A stretch of DNA of 38,223 nt, taken from contig NC_068981.1 in NCBI RefSeq assembly GCF_001194135.2, forward strand, positions 8,879,957 through 8,918,179, in the 5' to 3' direction. Numbering within the stretch: the first letter of the stretch is position 1; each line of letters starts with the position of its first letter. This document shows, one piece after another, positions 11,570-23,383 of the stretch. This stretch comes from Octopus bimaculoides. Lineage: Eukaryota. The translations under genes were made by a program, and so were the position numbers. The notes under the pieces are model-generated. The model did not search any database and was not told the DNA's origin. It was given only the letters and a program-made list of their open reading frames with translations.

Positions 11570-11830
11570 GCATTTGGATAGCTGCTGATTGTATGATCGG
11601 CACGTTACACACTGGTATGGCACAATCAACATTTTCTATCACAACGCAGAAGTTGAGAGGTATCTTCATCTCTCTTGTTCATTAGGTATTCAGTAGCTAT
11701 CTCCTGTTGTTGGATAGCAAAGCTGTAACCATTTAGATTAGATGTGTATTTATGCTAGGTTGATGTGGGACTAATCTCCCAATCAACCCATGCATAACTT
11801 TTAGCTGATATTGATGAGTTCCTGTTTAGG
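11570..11830 (-). mobile_element. Old fragment of R4-like RLE LINE (family A), zinc-knuckle region
   Basis: Minus strand translates GYSFAIQQQEIATEYLMNKRDEDTSQLLRCDRKC*LCHTSV*RADHTISSYPNASAKYYL, homologous to the copy at 13500-13700. It may extend to about 12250. Confidence 0.7.
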
Positions 11831-12789
11831 TAGTTCAGTCCATCTCGCCTTGGGTTATATAAAACAGCTGTTATACTCAGGGTAGCGATTCAGTTTTTCG
11901 TCTACTATCAAGACGATATTACGTTTACTACGAAGCGTATGGATATGTCAGAGCAATATGTTCTGTAGTGTTGTCTCGATGGCTTTATACCTAAAAGTCA
12001 TTTGCGAGAATCATATCTGCCTTCGACTTTTCGTCTATCGGCGACAGACAACACGCTACAGTACAAATAAATCCTCACTTTAAAATATTCCTGTCGATAA
12101 TTTAATTCTGTTTGTAGTTGTTTCAGTCTTTAGCGATAGCTATGAACACCATCTAGTGAACAGCCTTTTAATGGTAACGTCTATAGCAGATCAAAGCATG
12201 GCAAGGCGCAGTGATTCTTGTCTCAAACACTTTCTTCTAGTCCAACCATATTGTCTGTAGACTTGGGTGATATTGCTTCGCTTTATTAAAAACAGTATCG
12301 TTGATGAGGGGTGTTCGAGTCCAAACTTTCTTCTTGCCTGCTCATCAAACATCATATTGTTTCACAGCCATCTTGAAGATGTGCATTCACGCAACTTGTG
12401 AGCGATTTGTACAGGCCCCAAGCAGAAACCAAAACCACGATTTAAGGATTGCGTAAAGTTTTTGTTGAAGGCTGGTGAAATATGGGAGGTCATTTAGGAA
12501 AGCAATTTGCCTCGTCGCCACAAACGGAGGAAACAAGTAAAAGTAGGAATGAATAACACACGCATATTTCATGCAGAATTTAAGCGAGATGCTCACAAAC
12601 GCACCACGGGTGTAATGAATGAGAGAAGTTTGGTCCGCAATATCCGCAGATGTGTATGTTTATCAAGGGCCAGGCTTATTGGTCACCAGCGAAGACACAA
12701 GAGTAAAGTATAATTTTATCTGAGTGCACAATGTTCTTAATGGTCAGTGATGATCATCTCGGTCGCGTGTGGACAGTCATCATATATGT

Positions 12790-13700
12790 ATCTCATTATA
12801 CAGTTTTTATTTCAAGATTTCTTGCCAATAGAGAAAGAACCGGTTTCTAACCTAGATCCAAAGCTCCTTCATTGGAATTTCAGCATCAACAACAGGGGAT
12901 TTTTCTAAGTATGTATGAATACGTGCAGATTTGTATGTTTTGTTTTATGTATGTCTTCTCATGCATATATTTGCATATACTTCCTCATATATACTTAAAC
13001 GATAAACTTCTGCAAAGTTTTACAGATTTTTACAGTTCCAGTGATGGATTGGATCTGTAGTCTTCGAATTAGCTAGCTTTCTCCTTTCTGGTTTTGAGAA
13101 GCCTAATTTCTCAAGATTTGTATTTAGGCGGTATGTTACATATCCCAGGGCCCAAATAATTACAGATGTAAACCTGAACTTGTAATCTGGATAGAGTAAC
13201 TGCAGATTTCTCAATAGTTCAGCATAGGTGTTCCCTTTTTCACCGATCTTCAGCTTTATGTTAACATCCTCTGGGCAGCTAATTTCCACAACTGTGCACA
13301 GTTTCTCTTCTCTATCCCAAATCATTATATCAGGTCTGTTGTGCTTACATTTTATTGAAGTCTTCACTGGTACATTCCACCAGGATTCCTTTTTATGATT
13401 GGCTATGGCTTCTACCATACTGTGGATTCTTATTTCTTTGTCCTCGGGAATATCCTTCCGATAGATTTCATTATAGAGTGTCCTAGCTACAATGTTATGT
13501 CTCATCGGTAGATATTACCGTGACGACATTTTCGTCCAACAGCTTATGATGTGGGTGGCATCTTCAGTGTGAACTCCACATAGTGTGTATTGGTTGTCCC
13601 GTTTTACGGCTTTTCCTGCATCTCTATCCCTTTTATGCATCAGATACTTGGTTGATATTTCCTGTTCCTGGATTGCATACGCTTCAAAATGCATACACCA
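12790..13700 (-). mobile_element. 5'-truncated R4-like RLE LINE (family A): zinc knuckle, restriction-like endonuclease and 3' UTR
   Basis: ORFs 13515-13790 and 13020-13505: AIQEQEISTKYL..LCGVHTEDATHIISC..MRHN..KHNRPDIMIWD..VVEISCP..EKGNTY..LG. This is the CxxC-H-C knuckle (first Cys lost) plus the RH and PD..E..K nuclease motifs. Its 3' UTR motif is shared with the 36145 copy. Confidence 0.88.
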
Positions 13701-13834
13701 CATACCATCATGCACACTCCCATACCCACACATGCACATAATACCGGAATACAGGCTATACATACATAGACACGCAACACGCATTAACACACGCTACATA
13801 CATATATACACCATACACATGCGCACTGTTTAGT

Positions 13835-14050
13835 CACAGACACAGATATACCCACAGACACAGACATACCCACAGACACAGACATACCCACAGACACAGA
13901 CATACCCACAGACACAGACATACCCACAGACACAGACATACCCACAGACACAGACATACCCACAGACACAGACATACCCACAGACACAGACATACCCACA
14001 GACACAGACATACCCACAGACACAGACATACCCACAGACACAGACATACC
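13835..14050. repeat. Minisatellite, 12 x 18 bp (CACAGACACAGACATACC)
   Basis: Directly visible: 216 bp, 11 identical units plus a first unit with one substitution. Confidence 0.97.
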
Positions 14051-14387
14051 CACACATATGTACACACATGTACACACGCTACGTTAAAAAGCACACCTCA
14101 GTTGCTACACAATACACACACACGTTACAGACGCACACACTCACACACACACACATACTCACACATGTCAGAGTCACTAGACCCTAGTCACACAAACACA
14201 CACTTTCACACATACCATTCTCACATACACATACTCGCACGCGCACATTCACTTTGGATCACCAGCACTCGATTATCTGCCTTTCTTTCAACCTCTTCTT
14301 TCAAACTTTTTCTCTAATCATTCGTCATGCTTGACCGCGAAATTTACAAGTGTTTTTTTTTTCTCTCTCTGTTTATTTTCTTTTATT

Positions 14388-14426
14388 GCCTTCTACTGAA
14401 GAGTGTAAGCTTGAAACGTAAAAGAG
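14388..14426 (+). ncRNA. Degenerate minimal hammerhead-like motif (same family as 16563-16599)
   Basis: CTACTGAA-GAGT-GTAA-GCTT-GAAACGTA-AAAGAG aligns to the 16563 motif. The core deviates from CUGANGA and stem I is weak. Confidence 0.35.
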
Positions 14427-16067
14427 TTTTTCATTTATATATATATATATNNNNNNNNNNNNNNNNNNNNNNNNNNNNNNNNNNNNNNNNNNNNNNNNNN
14501 NNNNNNNNNNNNNNNNNNNNNNNNNNNNNNNNNNNNNNNNNNNNNNNNNNNNNNNNNNNNNNNNNNNNNNNNNNNNNNNNNNNNNNNNNNNNNNNNNNNN
14601 NNNNNNNNNNNNNNNNNNNNNNNNNNNNNNNNNNNNNNNNNNNNNNNNNNNNNNNNNNNNNNNNNNNNNNNNNNNNNNNNNNNNNNNNNNNNNNNNNNNN
14701 NNNNNNNNNNNNNNNNNNNNNNNNNNNNNNNNNNNNNNNNNNNNNNNNNNNNNNNNNNNNNNNNNNNNNNNNNNNNNNNNNNNNNNNNNNNNNNNNNNNN
14801 NNNNNNNNNNNNNNNNNNNNNNNNNNNNNNNNNNNNNNNNNNNNNNNNNNNNNNNNNNNNNNNNNNNNNNNNNNNNNNNNNNNNNNNNNNNNNNNNNNNN
14901 NNNNNNNNNNNNNNNNNNNNNNNNNNNNNNNNNNNNNNNNNNNNNNNNNNNNNNNNNNNNNNNNNNNNNNNNNNNNNNNNNNNNNNNNNNNNNNNNNNNN
15001 NNNNNNNNNNNNNNNNNNNNNNNNNNNNNNNNNNNNNNNNNNNNNNNNNNNNNNNNNNNNNNNNNNNNNNNNNNNNNNNNNNNNNNNNNNNNNNNNNNNN
15101 NNNNNNNNNNNNNNNNNNNNNNNNNNNNNNNNNNNNNNNNNNNNNNNNNNNNNNNNNNNNNNNNNNNNNNNNNNNNNNNNNNNNNNNNNNNNNNNNNNNN
15201 NNNNNNNNNNNNNNNNNNNNNNNNNNNNNNNNNNNNNNNNNNNNNNNNNNNNNNNNNNNNNNNNNNNNATATATACAGCTTTATATTACATACATGAATA
15301 TGTATAGTATATAGATAGGTTTACGATTGATATGCACATGTATATTGCATTTTATTACATTATATTTATATATCATATAAAACAATAACTCCATCTTGTT
15401 TCATTCTGAGCTATTTTGTGTAAATATTGTTTATGTAGATGAAGGGAAGGAATAACTGTAAATATTGTTAACTTTCAGAAAATGTCATATTTGGGCCATG
15501 GAAAATATTTGTTAGCAGACAATAAAAATAATAGATTTTATCTGGGTCAGTTTACCAGTCGCACTAAAACTAGTTCACTTTATTGTTTATAGTGCTACAC
15601 CTTACTGTTTGCTTTCCACTGGTATATCTAGCAGTAGAGTGGTACTTGTTTATGTCCACGATTACACCTTACTGTTTAAGTCGTCATATCTTAGTATTAT
15701 TAACCATTCAAGTCACCAGCAAATAAAGAAGCCTTTTTATTGGTTGCTCCACTAAGTAGAAATAACAGCTAAATTACTTTTAAATGACAGCCTACCTTCT
15801 TGAATATGATTAGACACATTGGATAATGTAATTTAAGGTAGGCAATACGTGAAAGGTAGTGCTGGTCATGATCGGATTGTCTTTGATCATCACAAGGCAC
15901 AATTTTTGCTATGAGACTTACTCCTCAGAGTAACCGAGTCGTTAAAACTTGCAGTTTCTCTTCTCTCCGCTTTCTTTTCTTTCAATTTGCATGGCATTAT
16001 ATCTATGGCTCAATCTCTCACCATTTCCCCTTCCCTCAGTCTCACCCTCTCCCACTCATTCTCTTCT

Positions 16068-16105
<38 letters not shown>

Positions 16106-16336
16106 TATATATATATATATATAAACACACACACACATACATACAATACATACATACATGGCATGTTTCAGCTCTAAGGTTGTGGCCATGCTGGAGCACC
16201 ACCAGTGTAATCACCCTTTCAATAGCCAATTGTGATTGGCTTTTGGCAAAGGAGGGAGTTCGATACTGTCACCCTCTTTTGAGCCCCTGCCTTGATATTG
16301 GTTCGTTTGGGACCTTGGATAGCAGGAATACACATA

Positions 16337-16620
<284 letters not shown>

Positions 16621-17039
16621 CACGGAGAAAAAAAAAATTGAATAGTGTTCAGTCAACGGTCGGATTTGGTTTGCAAGGTTCTTTATATGAGTTCGTGTGT
16701 TGAAGAGTCTTGACTATTGAAAACATTGCAAGATGCAACGAAAATATTAAAATTAAAATAAGGAATAAGTAGAAATGTTACTGGTGAGTGTGTTAAATCG
16801 TAAGGCACTAAAAGAAAATGACTCTCCCCAGACACAACAGAATATATATTGATAGAAAGGACAGCAAAAGAAAGAAAGAACCTCGATATTATGTAAATAG
16901 AGGAATTAATCTGTAAATATAATATGTGACAATTATTCAGTAGTCATGATAAAACTCTGAGTTTCGGATGCCAGGGTGGGAACCCACGCCAACATCTTTT
17001 CAGTTATCCGGCCATTGAAAATTCCTGTCATTTTTCACA

Positions 17040-17275
17040 GGAATTTTCAGTGTAAGCAGAACAAGGTGGATATTGTTGTTTGGGACAGACAAGAAAAAGT
17101 ATGTACTGTCATAGAGGTCAGCTGTCCTGTTGATGGGAATATCTCTTTGAAAATCAAGGAGAAAGAAGATAACTATGGACAACTGTTTCGAAAGCTCCAG
17201 CTTCTATATCCGGATTACAAATTTACATTTATACCAATAATAACTGGAGCAGTTGGTTTTGTAAGCAAGCGATTT
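17040..17275 (+). mobile_element. R4-like RLE LINE (family A) endonuclease fragment
   Basis: CKQNKVDIVVWDRQEKVCTVIEVSCPVDGNISLKIKEKEDNYGQLFRKLQLLYPDYKFTFIPIITGAVGFVSK closely matches the 35750-36000 and 13100-13350 copies. Confidence 0.85.
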
Positions 17276-17279
17276 ATTT

Positions 17280-17900
17280 ACGTCATCATTGAACCCAACT
17301 TCCAAATCCTCCTGAAAAAAAACAGGCGTTCATTATCGGATCCACTGGTTCAAAAGCACTTCGATCTTGTATCTGACATTAAATTGTTATCATCGAAGTC
17401 CGGACCGAGCGGGAAGTCGGAGGGTGCCAGATCTGATTTATAGAGTCAATGAGTGGGAAACAATAACCATCCCAATTTACCGATTGACTGATTTGCCACC
17501 AAACGTGTTCCTTCACTCAATGAAATGGTGAATGTGGAACGTTTTCAGATTCTTTTTTCGGTTTCTTCTTCTTAATGGCTTCTCTAAACTTTTTGAAGGC
17601 CACAGTGTACTTCTTGCTGTTGATAGTACAGCCATATTCCAGAAAATCAAAAAGAACGATGCCCTTGTCATTCCATAAAACAGTTACCCTGATTGTTTGT
17701 ACCCATCGCTGGCTCTTGAACTTTTGAGGCCTCAGACAAGAGATGTGACCATATTCCATGATTTGATCATTCATTACCCGATCGTATAGAAAAGTTTCCG
17801 TTTCAGCCTTCTTTGCCACAATCTTGCTATGAATCTTTTCACGATTGCAACATCTTATATTTTTATGAACTTTTTTCTCACTAAAATCATATTTCGTTGA
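17280..17900 (-). mobile_element. Decayed mariner transposase fragment (catalytic domain)
   Basis: KFKSQ..VTVLWNDKGIVLFDFLEYGCTINSKKY..KFREAIKKK, then manually GKLGW...SDLAPSDF (YSPDLAPSD motif) reading toward 17280. Boundaries approximate; no TIRs recognised. Confidence 0.75.
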
Positions 17901-18477
17901 AATATCTCCGTCTGATTGTTGCCATTCTTTGAAGAAGTAATCTCTGATGAAAAATCTTCCTGCCGTGACTATTTCATCTTTGACACATATTGTTTGCTAG
18001 GACTACGTTAGCCTGTATGTCCTTCCATCTTTTTTGGAGAGAATAGGCTGTGATTTCAGTTACGTGATGAAGGTTTCATCTTAAACAAAACGACTGTTCA
18101 AGCTGGCTGTCAAATAAATTCTACCAAATGTTGAGATATCCATCTCGTTACTGGCGCTGATTCTCCTTGCACAATGTCTTACTTTCAATATGGCAAGACT
18201 GACACATTTCTATATCACCTTTGCAGCCAACTCTCTTGTTCTCGCGTGTCTGTTCCATCTTGGAACACCACTTCATTGTTCTAGATTTTGTCAAAAGCTC
18301 TTTTGATCGCCTGAATTATGACACATATTTCCTCGGTCCAGCTCAGTGTTCCATTTGGTGGGGGAGGGCGATCACAAGCTGTCTACCTGAATATTCAAGA
18401 GGAATCCAAACTTTAATTAAGATACTTTAGTTAAACAAAGAACCTAAGCAAAAGTAAATATTGCTGTTTCATGTAAA

Positions 18478-18528
<51 letters not shown>

Positions 18529-19119
18529 CTGTTGGCAATTAAGGTGTTGTGTGTCAACGTGTAAAGCCTAATGTCAAAGCGGTATGAAAAGATATTTAAG
18601 AAAACTTTGGAGAGGAATGTCTGAACGAACNNNNNNNNNNNNNNNNNNNNNNNNNNNNNNNNNNNNNNNNNNNNNNNNNNNNNNNNNNNNNNNNNNNNNN
18701 NNNNNNNNNNNNNNNNNNNNNNNNNNNNNNNNNNNNNNNNNNNNNNNNNNNNNNNNNNNNNNNNNNNNNNNNNNNNNNNNNNNNNNNNNNNNNNNNNNNN
18801 NNNNNNNNNNNNNNNNNNNNNNNNNNNNNNNNNNNNNNNNNNNNNNNNNNNNNNNNNNNNNNNNNNNNNNNNNNNNNNNNNNNNNNNNNNNNNNNNNNNN
18901 NNNNNNNNNNNNNNNNNNNNNNNNNNNNNNNNNNNNNNNNNNNNNNNNNNNNNNNGGTGGAGGTGGTGGAGGTGATGTATCATTGCAGTTGTAGTGACTG
19001 TTGGTGATGATCTCGTTTATGTTTCTATTTGTAAAGGTGATCAAGAAGGAGGAGGGGGACATATGTGCGTGTGTGTTTGTACGTGTATTTGTGAGTGTGT
19101 ATGTGTGTGGTGTGTGCAT

Positions 19120-19290
19120 GGGAGCGCGTGGTCTAGTGGTTAGAACGTTGCACTGTAGATCGCGAGATCATGGTTTCGGTAGCCGGAGCGGGTAGTGTGT
19201 TGTGTTCTTGAACAAGGCACTATTTCACAATGCTGTGCGATCACTTCGACATCCGATGTGCACCTGTACAGACAATATCGATGGCAAATA
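19120..19290 (+). mobile_element. tRNA-derived SINE (family 3), copy 1
   Basis: A-box TGGTCTAGTGG, decayed B-box GGTTTCGGTAGCC; the body TGTGTTCTTGAACAAGGCAC..GCGATCACTTCGACATC is shared with 19446-19680. Confidence 0.65.
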
Positions 19291-19405
19291 TGGAACACAA
19301 TTATTTGTTCATTTTAAACAATTTATCTGTACAAATTATTCAGCAAGAAATGGCGGAATCGTCTTCCACGAACTCTAGAGACTACCAAAAGAATATGTGT
19401 ATGTG

Positions 19406-19436
<31 letters not shown>

Positions 19437-19445
19437 TGTATGTGT

Positions 19446-19680
19446 GAGAGCGCTGGTCGAGCGGTTAGGATGTTACACTCACGATCACGAGATCGTAGGT
19501 TCGATTCTCGGACCATTGTGTTTTTTAGCAAAACACTCTATCTGCGATCAGTGCGACATCTGGCGTGTGGCACACTGTGCACCAGTAGAAGCAACATTGA
19601 TGGAAGGAATGAGCTAATGTACAGAACAAACATTTGATCACAATAAAGGTTGATCAGGAAGAAATTGCAGACCCGTCTTT
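19446..19680 (+). mobile_element. tRNA-derived SINE (family 3), copy 2
   Basis: A-box TGGTCGAGCGG, B-box GGTTCGATTCTC; body homologous to copy 1. Confidence 0.7.
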
Positions 19681-20316
19681 CTCAGACTCGAGAAGCTGCT
19701 ATGTCTCTATGTATGCAATTCATATACGTCACAGATTTTCGAGTCAAAAGACTGAGCTGTAAGCTGTGACGACTGTACAAGATACTGAGATATTAAAACA
19801 TTCTGAGTCTCACTGTATCATCCCAAACCAGTCTGGCGTTTGCTTATGCAGTCATTATTTATAACCCTGGACTAAAGAGAAACAGCTGAAATAGAAGCCA
19901 ACTATCTTGATTCAACAAAACTAACAAAGAATTGCATTTACCTGCCTTATCTTTTCCACTTCTACCACGCCTACCTGTTTAACTCCTTCCTTCTTTTCTT
20001 CTTCTTTCTTCTCATTCTCTTTTTCCTTCCTTTCCTTAATCTACTACAACTTCTTTCTCCCCACAAATAAATTATTCTACCCATGATACAGTACTAAATC
20101 ACATCTACTTCGCAACCACAATGCTTCACTCACCATCTTTATGTTGATTGGTTTGTTTTCCATTTGTGTCTTTCGTTGTTCGAAAGAATAGTTCATGTTC
20201 CATGTACTCATGCTTTGTATTTTTGTTTGTTGTACACGTTTCGTGACGTCGTCCTGTGCCCACATATGCATATAAATATACGTATAGATATAAGTATGTA
20301 CACACACGTATGTATA

Positions 20317-20372
<56 letters not shown>

Positions 20373-20695
20373 NNNNNNNNNNNNNNNNNNNNNNNNNNNN
20401 NNNNNNNNNNNNNNNNNNNNNNNNNNNNNNNNNNNNNNNNNNNNNNNNNNNNNNNNNNNNNNNNNNNNNNNNNNNNNNNNNNNNNNNNNNNNNNNNNNNN
20501 NNNNNNNNNNNNNNNNNNNNNNNNNNNNNNNNNNNNNNNNNNNNNNNNNNNNNNNNNNNNNNNNNNNNNNNNNNNNNNNNNNNNNNNNNNNNNNNNNNNN
20601 NNNNNNNNNNNNNNNNNNNNNNNNNNNNNNNNNNNNNNNNNNNNNNNNNNNNNNNNNNNNNNNNNNNNNNNNNNNNNNNNNNNNNNNNNNNNNNN

Positions 20696-20937
20696 CTCCG
20701 AATGACCCGTCCTTGTTTTCTTTGTATCATCTGTCTGGATGTTTTGTTGTCCTTTTCTTCCGTCACCTAACTGTCTGGATATTTTGCGTTCTTGTCTCAT
20801 TTTTGTATTTTTTATATATAAAAAATACAAAAATGAGACAAGAACGCAAAATATCCAGACAGTTAGGTGACGGAAGAAAAGGACAACAAAACATCCAGAC
20901 AGATGATACAAAGAAAACAAGGACGGGTCATTCGGAG
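20696..20937. repeat. Perfect 242-bp palindrome with no spacer, abutting an assembly gap
   Basis: Position i pairs with 41633-i from CTCCG (20696) to CGGAG (20937); the centre is TTTTTT-ATA|TAT-AAAAAA. No mismatch seen on reading. Confidence 0.92.
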
Positions 20938-21549
20938 TTTTCTTTCCTCAGTCGAGTTCCAGATTATCTTTGCAATTTCGGCTGGTTATACTCGAGATTG
21001 CTTCAATCTGACCAACCCCAAGGAAAAACTAAGCTTAGAACATTAGATTCCTTGGAAGAAAGCAGCGAATGTATGCGAAAACAAGGACGGAAAAGAACAG
21101 AGAAATGTTACACAAATACAAATGCAATTAACAGGACATAACAACAGTTGGCTTTCGACTAAGGATGAATTAAATTAAGCTGGCGTGTGTGGAAGTAAAG
21201 CCTTACGGCAGGAACATAAGATTTAACAGGCAAGGGGAGAAATATAGATGTTGCACGAATGGTAGTCGAACCAAGAAAGAAAGGTCAGGCCTCGCTGAAC
21301 ACCGGTCACGTGGGGAGAGAAGAGAGAGAGGTAGAGGCAAAGGGATAGAAGAATTAAGGAGGGGCGAGAAAAAATGAAAGAGAGACAGTGAAGTGAAAGA
21401 GGAGGGAAAGTGAGCATGAAGAGAAGGCCAAGAAATGTGAGAGAGTGGGCACGAAAGAACGAAGAGTGGAATGAAGGAAGTGTGAAAGGGCTGATAGAAA
21501 GAAGGAAAGAATGAAAGAATAGAAATATATAATCGTGTTATCTAATAAC

Positions 21550-21740
21550 GGTTTCAAATTTTGAAACAAGGCCAGTACTTTTTGAGGTGGGAAAGTCGAT
21601 TACATCGACGCCATTATTTGACTGACACAAGCTTTATGGACTCCTGGAAGGATGAAAGGCAAAGTCGACTTCATCTGAATTTGAGCTCAGAGTGCAAAGC
21701 CTTTTGCCCGGCATGCTAACGATTCTGCCTGCTCGCCGCC
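21550..21740 (-). mobile_element. Family-1 SINE (tail type b)
   Basis: GGATGAAAGGCAAAGTCGAC core and head GGCGGCGAGCAGGCAGAATCGTTAGCATGCC on the minus strand; tail GGCCTTGTTTCAAAATTTGAAAC. Confidence 0.8.
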
Positions 21741-21759
21741 TTAGAACAATAATAATATT

Positions 21760-21955
21760 CTTTTCTACTCTAGGCACAAGACCCGAAATTTGGGGGAGGG
21801 GAGGGGCCAGTCGATTAGATCGACCCCAGTACGCAACTGGTACTTAATTTATTGATCCCGAAAGGATGAAAGGCAAAGTCGACCTCAGAGGAATTTGAAC
21901 TCAGAGCGCAGAGACAGCCGAAATGTCGCTCAGCCTTTTGCCCAGCATGCTAACA
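21760..21955 (-). mobile_element. Family-1 SINE (tail type c), head truncated, in tandem with the previous copy
   Basis: Same core; tail AAATTTCGGGTCTTGTGCCTAGAGTAGAAAAG. Flanked by CCTTAGAACAATAATAATATT at 21739-21759 and 21956-21976. Confidence 0.82.
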
Positions 21956-22359
21956 CCTTAGAACAATAATAATATTATTGAAAGCATGAGCGAGTTGGCA
22001 GACAGACGAGTATCTTCCAAATTGTTTTATACAGGTTTGTTGTTTTAAAATCCAACGGTTGTAGATTTCATAGTTCATCTTTCTGAAGATTATAAAACCA
22101 GTAGCACCGATATCCTCCTGGAATTAATCCAACCGACTGAAACATACCCATTCAACGTCTGATTCTCTAATATAAGTATGTATATTTAGTATCTCCTATT
22201 TTAAAAAAAAAGTGTATTTGGTACAGCTCGGTTAGATATTTATGGCTCTTACTGCGTCTTCCTCCAGGGATCACCGAAAACGGGATGAGGGGTGATTAGT
22301 TGAAGGGGTGGCTAACATTGTTATTCATAATAATTCTTGATTTCTGTTCTCCATTTCAG

Positions 22360-22425
22360 TACCTGGAGCTCCGCTTCCACAAGTATGTCCGCAGAATAGC
22401 CTCGCTGACTTTTGTTTTACAAACA
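22360..22425 (+). CDS. SLC5A8-like: Coding exon 2 (66 nt) of the same SLC5A transporter: YLELRFHKYVRRIASLTFVLQT
   Basis: Polypyrimidine tract and TTTCAG acceptor (AG 22358-22359), donor ACA|GTAAGT at 22426. It splices in frame to exon 1 and restores the family motif S.Y(E/Q)YLELRF. Not in the ORF track because it is short. Confidence 0.93.
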
Positions 22426-22645
22426 GTAAGTAAACAACTCCATCACCTTCATTAGACGTTTTTACTTTCCACTTAGCAACCTAACGGCTGTTTCTCATTT
22501 TTCTCCCTGTTCGATGACAGAAGAATGGACTTAATTAAAATTTAAAAATTAAAATTCAGTTTGAATTAAATTTATGCTTTAAGCAGAAATAGGGTCTTTC
22601 CGGCAATTAAACACCATGCTTCGCAATATGTATATATTTTGTGTG

Positions 22646-22683
<38 letters not shown>

Positions 22684-23308
22684 CACACATATATGCATGC
22701 ATGTATGTATATGTTGGCTGTCTGCACATTGCAGGGCTTGATGTCTTCCTGTACCTATAATCATTATCATTATGGAGTGAGAAAGCAGCGCATGCCATCA
22801 AAGTGACACAGGGGTACAAATATACGATAAGGGTACACCAGGCACATACATCACAACCATATGTGCGCGACATGGTGATCTCTTATCAAGAAAAACAGCG
22901 CATGACATTGCAGGTGGGGCCCAGTTACAATTTTGTTCAGGCCCATCCCGTTGAAAAGGTCCCTGAATAAGGCTTGTTTAAAGATGTTGAACGAAACACC
23001 CATGTTTTCAGAGGTGAATTATTTAAACCCCAAAGAATTCCTCTCAACACATGGTAATGATACTCCCCCACTACTTCTGCTCGTGATCAGAGATGCACAT
23101 ATCGTCAGCCACCAAGGGACATGCTCAACTGGTTAAGGTCAAACAACTGGTAAGCAAATCTGTGGTATTGAGCAAAATATTCGCTGTAGCCCATCTTTTA
23201 TACCAAGACAAAACAATGTACATGATAACACTTTTAATCAATTAAGATCAGAAGCCATGGGAGCCACTGCCAAGTACTTCATCAGGGCATATATCATTAT
23301 TATTAGTA

Positions 23309-23363
<55 letters not shown>

Positions 23364-23383
23364 CACATATAGTAATTATATAT

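Noticed and set aside
13835-14050. CRISPR-like array
   Set aside because: The units are contiguous with no unique spacers, in a eukaryotic context.
13784-14094. Repetitive Cys/Val-rich ORFs (CGYVCV)n
   Set aside because: Translations of the 18-bp minisatellite.
16976-17443. 155-aa ORF as a single protein
   Set aside because: It is a chance fusion of a plus-strand LINE endonuclease fragment with the antisense end of a mariner.
19446-19520. Functional tRNA genes at SINE heads (also 19120, 8281, 37942)
   Set aside because: A and B boxes are present but there is no complete cloverleaf, and each continues into a SINE body.
21200-21530. Purine-rich tracts (also 1900-1980) and the pyrimidine tract at 19975-20060 as H-DNA elements
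   Set aside because: Decayed (GA)n-like low-complexity sequence with no clear mirror symmetry; common in this kind of genome.
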